From NCBI GenBank assembly GCA_013377115.1, contig JACAAW010000004.1, positions 2,521 to 66,520 of the forward strand: DNA of 64,000 bases, written 5' to 3'. The stretch comes from Bacteroidota bacterium. GTDB taxonomy: Bacteria; Bacteroidota; Bacteroidia; Bacteroidales; CG2-30-32-10. The position numbers were made by a program, and so were the translations under genes. Each line of letters starts with the position of its first letter. Positions within the stretch are counted from its first letter, which is position 1. A model generated the notes under the pieces. It saw only the letters and a program-made list of their open reading frames with translations, was not told where the DNA came from and did not search any database. This document shows, one piece after another, positions 8,278-16,555 of this stretch.

Positions 8278-10245
8278 ATGAAGTATTATTTAAAAATATT
8301 TGTCGTAATTTATTTCATTCTTTTTGCCTCAATAGAATGTTTTTCGCAATATTCGACAGAAACTGTTCCATTCTTCAAACTTACATCATTAAATGGTGAA
8401 ATAAAGTTGAAAGGTCTTTATCGAGATCAAACTACTTATACCTATGGTTTAAAAAACACCCAAAAAAGCTCATTTTTATACGGAGGAATTATGGTGAAAA
8501 CACAAAGTTATTTGTGGACACCGAATTTCTTAGCTCTTGAAATCGACGGTGAATTCAATCCAGAAAAAAGGGAGGAAAAATATCTGATTATTCCAAATCA
8601 AGCTGAAGTAAATACCATGAGAAATATCCATATCAAAGGGACTTTCTTTCAGCAAAAGAAACTCAATTTAGGCTCTTATTTCAATTATGATGAAAACTAT
8701 AGCAGTAGAGAAAATTTGTCTAACTTGAGAACAAAAGGAAAAAGTTATGGAGCATTTTTAAATTATAGCAACAAATTTTTACCTTTTACGCTTAACTATA
8801 ATCAAAGTAATTTTATTCAGAAAGAAATTCAAACTGATAGAAATTTTATTTCAAATTCAACAGAAGTTGTTGGAAAATTCACCAAGTCCTTTTCAGGTAA
8901 AGATCGCCATGAACTTACAATTTCTCATAATGAATTTGATAGAAAAGACGCGGATTTCCTAAATATTAATAACAAAACAAATAGCGCTTATTTATCTGAT
9001 AATGTTTTCTTCGATAAGAAACAAAATTATTATTTTAATTCATTTATTTCTGCAATAGATCAAACTGGTTTTGATACTTACAGAAGGTACCAAGCAAATG
9101 AAAATTTCAATTTTAAACTTCCAAGAAAATTTAGTGTAATTGCTAATTACAGCTTTAACAGAAATGAAAGATTATTGCAAACTTTAAATCAACATAATGC
9201 AAATCTAACATTTGGAAAGAAATTTTACGAAAGTTTATATACTGGTGTTTTTTATGAATATAACAATGCTTCTCATACTTCCTATAAAGAGGAAATTCAT
9301 AAAGCCGGCATCGATTTAAATTACACTAAAAAACTTCCTACTAAAGGTTTATTAACTTTATCATATAGATATTACAGACAATTCCAAAACCACACAAGCG
9401 GAGATATTTTCTTAAATGTTATTAGAGAAGAATATACTTTAGCAGACGGACAATTTGTTTTATTAACAAAACCTTATGTTACACCAGGAACTGTTGTAGT
9501 TACTGATATTACAGGAACGATTATCTATCAGGAAAATTTAGATTATATTTTAATTAATCAAACAAATAATTTCACTGAAATTAAACGTATTCCTGGTGGT
9601 CTAATCCCAAACAATTCTATTGTTTACGTTGATTATATTGCAAAACAACCAGGAGCATATAACTTTGATGCTAGTAATCAAAACTTTGGTGCAAGCTTGA
9701 TGCTATTTAATAGACTCGTTGAAGTTTATTATAGATATTCAAGTCAGGATTACTTAACGATAAACCAAACCGAATATCTAACCTTAAATTATTTTCATCA
9801 AAATGTAGTTGGATTAAGAGCAGAGTACAAATTCGCGAGCGCAGGTGCCGAATATGATTATTACAATAGCAGTATTATCCCTTATAAATCAATGAGATAT
9901 TTTGCAGGACTTCAAGGCAATATTAAACAAAAATTTGCTTATTCATTAATCGGAAATTTACGTAACTACGAAATGATTAACGAGAATTTAACCCAAAGAT
10001 ATTCTGATGTTACAGGTTCAATAGCTTATTATATTAAAACAAAAAATAAAATCAAATTGGATGTAGGTTATATGAATCAAGTTGGGCAGGGAATAAATTT
10101 AGATTTGATAACTGCAAAAACGGAATTTACTACTTTCTACAGAAAACTATATTTTACTCTTGGGCTTGAATTTTATAAACGAACTTATCAAGGCGAAGAT
10201 TTAGATTTCAAAGGTGGATACGTTCAAATTTCAAGAAAATTTTAA
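8278..10245 (+). CDS. Predicted outer-membrane beta-barrel (porin of a porin-cytochrome conduit)
   Basis: Signal peptide; alternating aromatic/hydrophobic beta-strand pattern; C-terminal Phe (QISRKF); flanked by multiheme cytochrome genes. Confidence 0.75.
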   Translation: MKYYLKIFVVIYFILFASIECFSQYSTETVPFFKLTSLNGEIKLKGLYRDQTTYTYGLKNTQKSSFLYGGIMVKTQSYLWTPNFLALEIDGEFNPEKREEKYLIIPNQAEVNTMRNIHIKGTFFQQKKLNLGSYFNYDENYSSRENLSNLRTKGKSYGAFLNYSNKFLPFTLNYNQSNFIQKEIQTDRNFISNSTEVVGKFTKSFSGKDRHELTISHNEFDRKDADFLNINNKTNSAYLSDNVFFDKKQNYYFNSFISAIDQTGFDTYRRYQANENFNFKLPRKFSVIANYSFNRNERLLQTLNQHNANLTFGKKFYESLYTGVFYEYNNASHTSYKEEIHKAGIDLNYTKKLPTKGLLTLSYRYYRQFQNHTSGDIFLNVIREEYTLADGQFVLLTKPYVTPGTVVVTDITGTIIYQENLDYILINQTNNFTEIKRIPGGLIPNNSIVYVDYIAKQPGAYNFDASNQNFGASLMLFNRLVEVYYRYSSQDYLTINQTEYLTLNYFHQNVVGLRAEYKFASAGAEYDYYNSSIIPYKSMRYFAGLQGNIKQKFAYSLIGNLRNYEMINENLTQRYSDVTGSIAYYIKTKNKIKLDVGYMNQVGQGINLDLITAKTEFTTFYRKLYFTLGLEFYKRTYQGEDLDFKGGYVQISRKF

Positions 10246-10259
10246 TTTATTATTAACTC

Positions 10260-11129
10260 ATGATAGGATTTCAATTTAAGCTATTAATTTGGATTTTAGG
10301 ATTCAACTATTCTGTTGCAAACCAAGGTGATTTCAAAGTAGGAAAATGCTTGGATTGCCACGATGACAAGTTAAAACAAGCTGTTGTTCACCCTGTGGCT
10401 GAAGGTTGCGACAATTGCCATGTTGCAACAGGAAAAGAACATCCTGGAAGTGACAAAGGTTTTACTTTATCCCAAAAATTACCTGATTTATGCATTACTT
10501 GTCATCCTGATGCTATGGATGCCACAAAATCTCCTTTTTCGCATAAAGCACTTACTGAAAAAAAATCATGCGTTAATTGCCATTCACCTCATTCAACAAC
10601 CGAAAAAAAATTACTTCTAAAAGACGAAAAAACACTTTGTTTAAGTTGTCATAATAAATCAATTACCAGCGGCACGAAAAAGTATTCTAACATTAAACTT
10701 ATTGTAGAAAAAAGCAAATATGTTCATGCTGCAATTGAAAGTGGTTGTATTAGCTGTCATACTCCTCATGGATCAAAAACCGCTCAATTATTAAAAAATA
10801 ATTTCCCTGAAGGAAATTATGCCGATTCAAAAAAGGATAGCTATTCGATTTGTTTTAGCTGTCATGAACCAGGTTTATTAGAACTGGAAAAATCAACAGT
10901 TGCTACTAGCTTCAGAAATGGTGATAAAAACCTACACTTTATCCATTTAAAAGGACCTAAAGGCAGAAGTTGTAATTTATGCCACAATATGCATGGATCA
11001 AACAATGAGCATTTAATTGACGATTTTGTGAATTTTGGAAATTACAAATTGCCAATTAATTACAAACCTGAAAGTACAGGCGGTTCTTGTGCTCCAGGAT
11101 GTCATTCTGAGAAGAAATACGTTCGATAA
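10260..11129 (+). CDS. Periplasmic-type multiheme cytochrome c (8 CxxCH + 1 CX3CH)
   Basis: 8 CxxCH plus terminal CAPGCH; CxxCHxPH...LCxxCH pairs; N-terminal signal-like segment. Confidence 0.9.
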   Translation: MIGFQFKLLIWILGFNYSVANQGDFKVGKCLDCHDDKLKQAVVHPVAEGCDNCHVATGKEHPGSDKGFTLSQKLPDLCITCHPDAMDATKSPFSHKALTEKKSCVNCHSPHSTTEKKLLLKDEKTLCLSCHNKSITSGTKKYSNIKLIVEKSKYVHAAIESGCISCHTPHGSKTAQLLKNNFPEGNYADSKKDSYSICFSCHEPGLLELEKSTVATSFRNGDKNLHFIHLKGPKGRSCNLCHNMHGSNNEHLIDDFVNFGNYKLPINYKPESTGGSCAPGCHSEKKYVR

Positions 11130-11148
11130 ATTTCCTATACCGATAAAC

Positions 11149-11183
11149 AAAAAGAGTTTGCAAAACATGCAAACTCTTTTTTT
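11149..11183. terminator. Bidirectional terminator between convergent genes
   Basis: AAAAAGAGTTTGCA-aaaca-TGCAAACTCTTTTT. Confidence 0.85.
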
Positions 11184-11184
11184 A

Positions 11185-11646
11185 TTACCCCTTTTCTTTA
11201 AAGTTTTTCCAGTATTCATTTCCATAACTGCAAAAGACTTCCTCACCTGCCAATATCTTTCTTTTTGCCACAATACAAACTTTTCCGTTTTCATTTAATG
11301 TAATCTTCGAATTGGCTTTAAATTTTGATTTCACAATACCTAGAGCATCATTTGCAAATTTTGCAAAGCATTTTACGTTCATGGAATCCATAATTGTACC
11401 GTCAGGCAAATTAATAAAATATCCATCTTCTCCTCTACTTGCTCTGGCATATGATTCCAAATCATTTAATATCTCGCCTTTAAACAAAGTAATTATTTCA
11501 TCCTTATATATCGGAATCATTGTAAATAAACCTTTGCCAGAACCATCAATTTGCGATTCGTTCACAAATAGATAATCGCTTTCTTTTGCTTCAATTTTAT
11601 AAGTAATTGAATTCGAAAACTTTTTTAAAGAAGGCGTATTTTTCAT
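11185..11646 (-). CDS. SET-domain protein (lysine methyltransferase family)
   Basis: GSGKGLF, FAKFAND and AKRKILAGEEVFCSYG..YW correspond to the SET motifs. Confidence 0.85.
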   Translation of the reverse strand: MKNTPSLKKFSNSITYKIEAKESDYLFVNESQIDGSGKGLFTMIPIYKDEIITLFKGEILNDLESYARASRGEDGYFINLPDGTIMDSMNVKCFAKFANDALGIVKSKFKANSKITLNENGKVCIVAKRKILAGEEVFCSYGNEYWKNFKEKG

Positions 11647-11664
11647 GTTTTACTATTTTATAAT

Positions 11665-11699
11665 AAAAAAAAGGTGAAGGAAAACTCCTTCACCTTTTT
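11665..11699 (-). terminator. Intrinsic terminator after the NrfJ-like gene
   Basis: AAAAAGGTGAAGG-aaaact-CCTTCACCTTTTT. Confidence 0.85.
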
Positions 11700-11717
11700 A
11701 TAGAGGTGTAATTGAAT

Positions 11718-12425
11718 TTATTTTACAATTTTTCCTTCTTCAACAATTACTTTATAGAAATAACCGTATCCAAAATCTTTATCTAAAGCAACTTTTCCTT
11801 CAACTGTGATTACATCACCAACTTTTACTTCTAAATCAGTAGTAATAGTTAAATCAAAATCTTGACCATCTTTGGTTCCATCTTGTAAATGTATCCAATT
11901 TTTACTCATAATTGCCTGACTAAATTTTACAACTTCACCTTTAACTTTTACAGTTTTTCCGTTGTAATTTTTCTTGTTTTTGAACAATTCAGCAACAGTA
12001 ATTCCACCAGCAGCAGCTTCAACTTTAACTTCTTTTTGCTCCAATTTAGGTTTTGTTGGCTGCATTGAATTATTCATTTCATTTTGTTTTTCCTTTTTTT
12101 GGCCAGGAACAATTGGTTCATTGCTAACACTTTCCAAAAAGATAACTTTTGCAAAAGTTCTATTTAATTCTTTACTTTTGAAATCAACCATGTCCATTCC
12201 ATTTTCGTAATAATAAGTAGAACCCACTTTTGCATCCATCGAAGGAACAGCTAACCAATTCTCGATATCATCTTCTTTTACACGAAGATAAGTATACTCA
12301 GTAGTTTGAAGAACTTCTTGACAAACAACTTTATGAACTCCAGCAGCAACATCTTTTGAACTTTTATTTGACTGACAAGCTGTCATAAACATAACAACAG
12401 CAATTAGGCTAAAAATAATTCTCAT
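11718..12425 (-). CDS. NrfJ-like lipoprotein with C-terminal OB-fold domain
   Basis: Lipobox FMTA-C; YTYL...WLAVP...M.DFKSKELNRTF.K(V)IF resembles NrfJ; C-terminal KGEVVK...NWIHLQDG...GDVITVEG...DKDFGYGY. Confidence 0.65.
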   Translation of the reverse strand: MRIIFSLIAVVMFMTACQSNKSSKDVAAGVHKVVCQEVLQTTEYTYLRVKEDDIENWLAVPSMDAKVGSTYYYENGMDMVDFKSKELNRTFAKVIFLESVSNEPIVPGQKKEKQNEMNNSMQPTKPKLEQKEVKVEAAAGGITVAELFKNKKNYNGKTVKVKGEVVKFSQAIMSKNWIHLQDGTKDGQDFDLTITTDLEVKVGDVITVEGKVALDKDFGYGYFYKVIVEEGKIVK

Positions 12426-12460
12426 AATTTTATTTTTTATTAGTTTTTTAATTAAGTCTT

Positions 12461-12468
12461 CAAAATTA
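12461..12468 (-). promoter_or_regulatory. -7 promoter box of the NrfJ-like gene
   Basis: TAATTTTG on the minus strand about 35 nt upstream of the ATG. Confidence 0.5.
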
Positions 12469-12817
12469 CATATAAATATTAAAAAATAATATAAATTTCA
12501 TTTGTTTTTTTTCATTATTGTTAAATAGATAACGGCCCATCGAATATTGAATTACTTTTCTAATTTTTCTCCAAATATTTTATGATTAGAAATCCAAATC
12601 TAAATCACTGCATTTCAGCGCCTTGCTCTTGCAATTCTATTTAACACTTCATTTCTACAATTTTTTTTCTTGAAATTAATCACTTTTTTAAGTCCTATTA
12701 ATACTATTGGATTTTCATTTTAAATTTAAATATCCAGTTTTTAGCCATATTTAGAGAACTTCATATGAATATTCCATAAAAGTCAAGAAATATCAAAGAA
12801 AATTGAAAATAAAGTCT

Positions 12818-12825
12818 TAATTTTG
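12818..12825 (+). promoter_or_regulatory. -7 promoter box of the ccsBA operon
   Basis: TAATTTTG(CA) upstream of ATG 12911. Confidence 0.55.
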
Positions 12826-12910
12826 CACTCTAAAATTTAGAATATTCTTATATTTTATTGACCCTTTAATTAATTAAAAAATTCTTTAATCAAATAAATA
12901 AAATGCACTT

Positions 12911-15900
12911 ATGAAAAAAATTTGGAATTTACTCACCTCATCAGCGCTTACTCTAATATTATTATTACTTTTTGCAATAGCAATTGGCGTTGCCACTTTT
13001 ATTGAAGATAAATTTGACACAATTACTGCCCAAACTTTAATTTACAAATCAAAATGGATGGAAATCTTATTGATTTTATTGGCTGTTAATTTTATTGGCC
13101 ATATTAACAGATACAAATTACTTAGTTATAAGAAATTAACTGGATTTATTTTTCATTTCGCTTTTGTATTGCTTATTGTAGGCGCAGGAGTTACCAGATA
13201 TAATGGATTTGAAGGTACCATGCACATCAGAGAAGGACAAACTTCAAGTGTTATTTACACTTCTAATGGATTTTTGCAAATAACCGCAAATGAAAATGGT
13301 AAAGAATACAAGAAAGATTATGAATTAGATTTAAGCCCATTCCTAAACAATTCCTTTAGTACAGAATTGAAAATTGAAAATAAAGGGTCTATTGATTTTG
13401 TTTATAAAAATTATATAAAGAATGCAGTTGAAGTTATTGAGGAAAACGCAGCCGGTGGCTCAAATATTATTGAACTATCCTTTGCTGTTGAAAACAATTT
13501 GCAAAAAATTTATTTAAAAAATGGCGAAGTAAAGGAAATTGGAAATGTTGCAGTTGCATACAATAACAATACTAGAAAAGATGCCATTAATATCACTGAT
13601 GATAAAAATGGCCTAAAATATTCTGCTCCTTTTGGCACTATAATTTCAAGCATGACCGAAGCCAAAACAGATACTGTTGCCAAAGATTCAACTGCCGCTT
13701 TTGTGGAGAATTATTTATATAAATCAGAGACCTTTATTTTCTCGTTTTCAAAATTTTATAGAAATGCAATCACAAAATTAAAACCTGCTGAGGAAGGTCA
13801 AGAAGGAATTGATGCTCTTTTATTAGATGTAAGCTATAACGGCGTTTCAAAAGAAATCACCGTTTTTGGTGGAGCAGCTTACTTACCTAATTTTAAAGAA
13901 GAAACAGTAAACGGAATGAAGTTTAAAATAGCTTTTGGAAATAAAGAAATTCCATTGCCTTTTTCAATTCAATTAAACAAATTTGTACTAGAAAGATATC
14001 CTGGATCAATGAGTCCTTCTTCATTCGCAAGCGAAGTTACTTTAGTTGATTCTGAGAAAAATATTAATGAGCCAAGAAGAATTTTTATGAATAATGTTTT
14101 AGATCATCGTGGTTTTAGATTTTTTCAATCTTCTTATGATACTGACCAAAAAGGAACCATCCTTTCTGTAAATCATGATTTTTGGGGTACCTGGATTTCG
14201 TATTTCGGTTATTTCCTTTTAACAATAGGATTTATCGTTACTTTATTTAATAAAAATTCCAGATTTGCCGCCTTGAGCGAAAATATTAAGAAGATTCGTG
14301 AAAAAAGAAAAGCCAGTGCTTTGACAGTTCTTTTTATTCTAGGATTTTCAGCATTTGGATTTTCACAAAACCCAAATACTGGAGGAAGAGCGGTTTCAAA
14401 GGAACAAGCTGATAAATTTGGTCATTTAATTGTTCAGACTTTTGACGGCCGATTTGAACCAATGCATACCATGGCTTATGATGTAATGCATAAAATTTCC
14501 AGAATGGATAATTTTACAGTTCAGGGAAAAGGAGAATTAGATGCTGTTCAAGTATTTATGGATATGATCCTTGATCAGGAATTTTGGAAATCACAAAAAA
14601 TGATTTATGTGAGAGAAAAATCTGTTCAGGACATTATTGGTGCAACTGATAAATATGCAGCTTTTAATGATTTTCTAGTGGATGGCAACAAATACAAACT
14701 TGCGGAATACGCAGAAGTTGCTTTCAGAAAAAAACAATCAGAGCAAAATACTTTTGATAAAGAAATTATTCGTGTTGATGAACGCGTAAATATTTGCATG
14801 ATGGCATTTCAAGGAAGTATGTTGAAAATATTCCCAGCTCAAAATTCCGAAACAAATCAGTGGGTATCTTGGGGAGATTCTTTGGCAAACAGGCCTATTA
14901 CTGGCGTTTTATCCGTAATAAATGAAGATCTTCAACTTAAACAATTCAATTTTTCAAATATTTTACAATTGTACTTCCAGAGAATTGCAGAAGGAAATGC
15001 TGATGGCAATTATACTGAAGCCGAAAAAGTTCTAAAATCAATTGAAACTATTCAAAAAAGTAGTCCTGTTGCTAATGCTCTACCAACAAAATCGAGAATT
15101 GACTTTGAAATTTATTATAACAAAGCCAAGATTTTCGAAAACCTAAGAAATGTTTATGGAATCTTAAGTTTAATTCTGTTAATCCTTGCTTTTGTTGAAA
15201 ATTTCAAAGCAAAGAAAAGCAAAATCCTTAGCATTGTTCTTAAAGTATTTATCGGAATTTTAGGTCTTGCTTTCATTTACCATACCTATGGAATGGGCTT
15301 AAGATGGTATCTATCTGGTCATGCACCCTGGAGCAACGGTTATGAAGCCTTATTACTCGTTGCTTGGGGAGGTTTACTTGCAGGATTCTATTTTGTAAAA
15401 TATTCAAAAATAACCCTGGCTGCCACAGCAGTGTTGGCTTTCTCAATTTTAATGACTGCTGGTCATAGTAGTTACGACCCACAACTCACAAATTTACAAC
15501 CAGTTTTAAAATCATATTGGTTAATCATTCACGTTGCTGCAATAACAATTAGTTATGGATTTTTAGGATTGGGTTTCATTTTAGGATTAATAAATATGTT
15601 TTTATATATTCTTAAAACCAAAAAATCAACCGAGCGTATTGATTTACTTATCGGCGAACTCACTTACATCAATGAAATGAATTTATCTATAGGAGTTGCT
15701 TTAGCCACTTTAGGAACTTTTCTTGGTGGTGTTTGGGCCAACGAATCATGGGGAAGATATTGGGGATGGGATGCAAAAGAAACCTGGGCCTTGGTGATAG
15801 TTATCGTTTACGCAATTGTACTTCATTTTAGATTAGTACCGAAACTAAAAAGCACTTTTGTTTTCAATGCTGCTTCTATTGCCAGTTTCGGAACTGTAAT

Positions 15901-16066
15901 AATGACCTTCGTTGGAGTTAATTATTATTTATCGAAAGGAATGCATAGTTATGCCGCTGGCGATACACCAGTTTTCCCAATTTGGGCATGGATTACGATA
16001 TTTTCAGTAATACTTTTGATGGTAGTTGCCGGAATTAGAGAAAAGATGTCTCAGAAGAATAAATAG
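12911..16066 (+). CDS. ccsA: Fused system II cytochrome c synthase CcsBA (ResB-ResC/NrfI-type)
   Basis: N-terminal TM helices, large periplasmic ResB-like region, GHAPW, W..IHV, and the WWD motif WANESWGRYWGWDAKETW. Confidence 0.93.
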   Translation: MKKIWNLLTSSALTLILLLLFAIAIGVATFIEDKFDTITAQTLIYKSKWMEILLILLAVNFIGHINRYKLLSYKKLTGFIFHFAFVLLIVGAGVTRYNGFEGTMHIREGQTSSVIYTSNGFLQITANENGKEYKKDYELDLSPFLNNSFSTELKIENKGSIDFVYKNYIKNAVEVIEENAAGGSNIIELSFAVENNLQKIYLKNGEVKEIGNVAVAYNNNTRKDAINITDDKNGLKYSAPFGTIISSMTEAKTDTVAKDSTAAFVENYLYKSETFIFSFSKFYRNAITKLKPAEEGQEGIDALLLDVSYNGVSKEITVFGGAAYLPNFKEETVNGMKFKIAFGNKEIPLPFSIQLNKFVLERYPGSMSPSSFASEVTLVDSEKNINEPRRIFMNNVLDHRGFRFFQSSYDTDQKGTILSVNHDFWGTWISYFGYFLLTIGFIVTLFNKNSRFAALSENIKKIREKRKASALTVLFILGFSAFGFSQNPNTGGRAVSKEQADKFGHLIVQTFDGRFEPMHTMAYDVMHKISRMDNFTVQGKGELDAVQVFMDMILDQEFWKSQKMIYVREKSVQDIIGATDKYAAFNDFLVDGNKYKLAEYAEVAFRKKQSEQNTFDKEIIRVDERVNICMMAFQGSMLKIFPAQNSETNQWVSWGDSLANRPITGVLSVINEDLQLKQFNFSNILQLYFQRIAEGNADGNYTEAEKVLKSIETIQKSSPVANALPTKSRIDFEIYYNKAKIFENLRNVYGILSLILLILAFVENFKAKKSKILSIVLKVFIGILGLAFIYHTYGMGLRWYLSGHAPWSNGYEALLLVAWGGLLAGFYFVKYSKITLAATAVLAFSILMTAGHSSYDPQLTNLQPVLKSYWLIIHVAAITISYGFLGLGFILGLINMFLYILKTKKSTERIDLLIGELTYINEMNLSIGVALATLGTFLGGVWANESWGRYWGWDAKETWALVIVIVYAIVLHFRLVPKLKSTFVFNAASIASFGTVIMTFVGVNYYLSKGMHSYAAGDTPVFPIWAWITIFSVILLMVVAGIREKMSQKNK

Positions 16067-16098
16067 AGTAATTTTTTAACCTTTATAAATAAAAAAAC

Positions 16099-16542
16099 AT
16101 GCTACTAAACACTTTTGTTGTAAGATTCCATGTAATTTTCAGTTCTTCATTTCTATTAATTGCCTTAGGAATAACCATTTGGTCATTATACGGATGGTTG
16201 AAGAAAAAAGAATATACAAGAGGAAGTCATATTTTTGGACTCATTTTTCTTGGATTTCTATATGCAGATTTATTAATGGGAGTTGTCCTATATTTCTTTC
16301 TCAGAAAACCTGATGAAATATTAACAGCTGCACAAGCCATTAAATACTCATCATTAAGATTTTGGGCAGTTCAACATTTTTCGTTCATGGTTTTTGTTGT
16401 AGTTTTAAGCCAGATTGGTAAAATTTTTATTTCAAGAACTTCCGAATCTGACAGAAAATTTAAATACGCTTTCTTTTATTATGGAGCCGCAACATTAATT
16501 ACCATAATATCTGTGGCAATTTTTCTTTTGAGAAAACAATAA
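16099..16542 (+). CDS. Four-helix membrane protein (Bacteroidota family often loosely annotated cytochrome B)
   Basis: 4 hydrophobic helices; His near the N-terminus and LRFWAVQH motif; lies between ccsA and hemH. Confidence 0.6.
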   Translation: MLLNTFVVRFHVIFSSSFLLIALGITIWSLYGWLKKKEYTRGSHIFGLIFLGFLYADLLMGVVLYFFLRKPDEILTAAQAIKYSSLRFWAVQHFSFMVFVVVLSQIGKIFISRTSESDRKFKYAFFYYGAATLITIISVAIFLLRKQ

Positions 16543-16555
16543 AAGGAAAATCTTG

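Noticed and set aside
7701-11129. Direct MtrCAB/MtoAB orthology
   Set aside because: Heme counts (5 and 9) and gene order differ from decaheme MtrA/MtrC, and I cannot recognise MtrB-specific motifs
11013-11575. ORFs 11013-11294, 11035-11298 and 11312-11575
   Set aside because: They overlap the cytochrome end, the bidirectional terminator and the SET gene; no motifs
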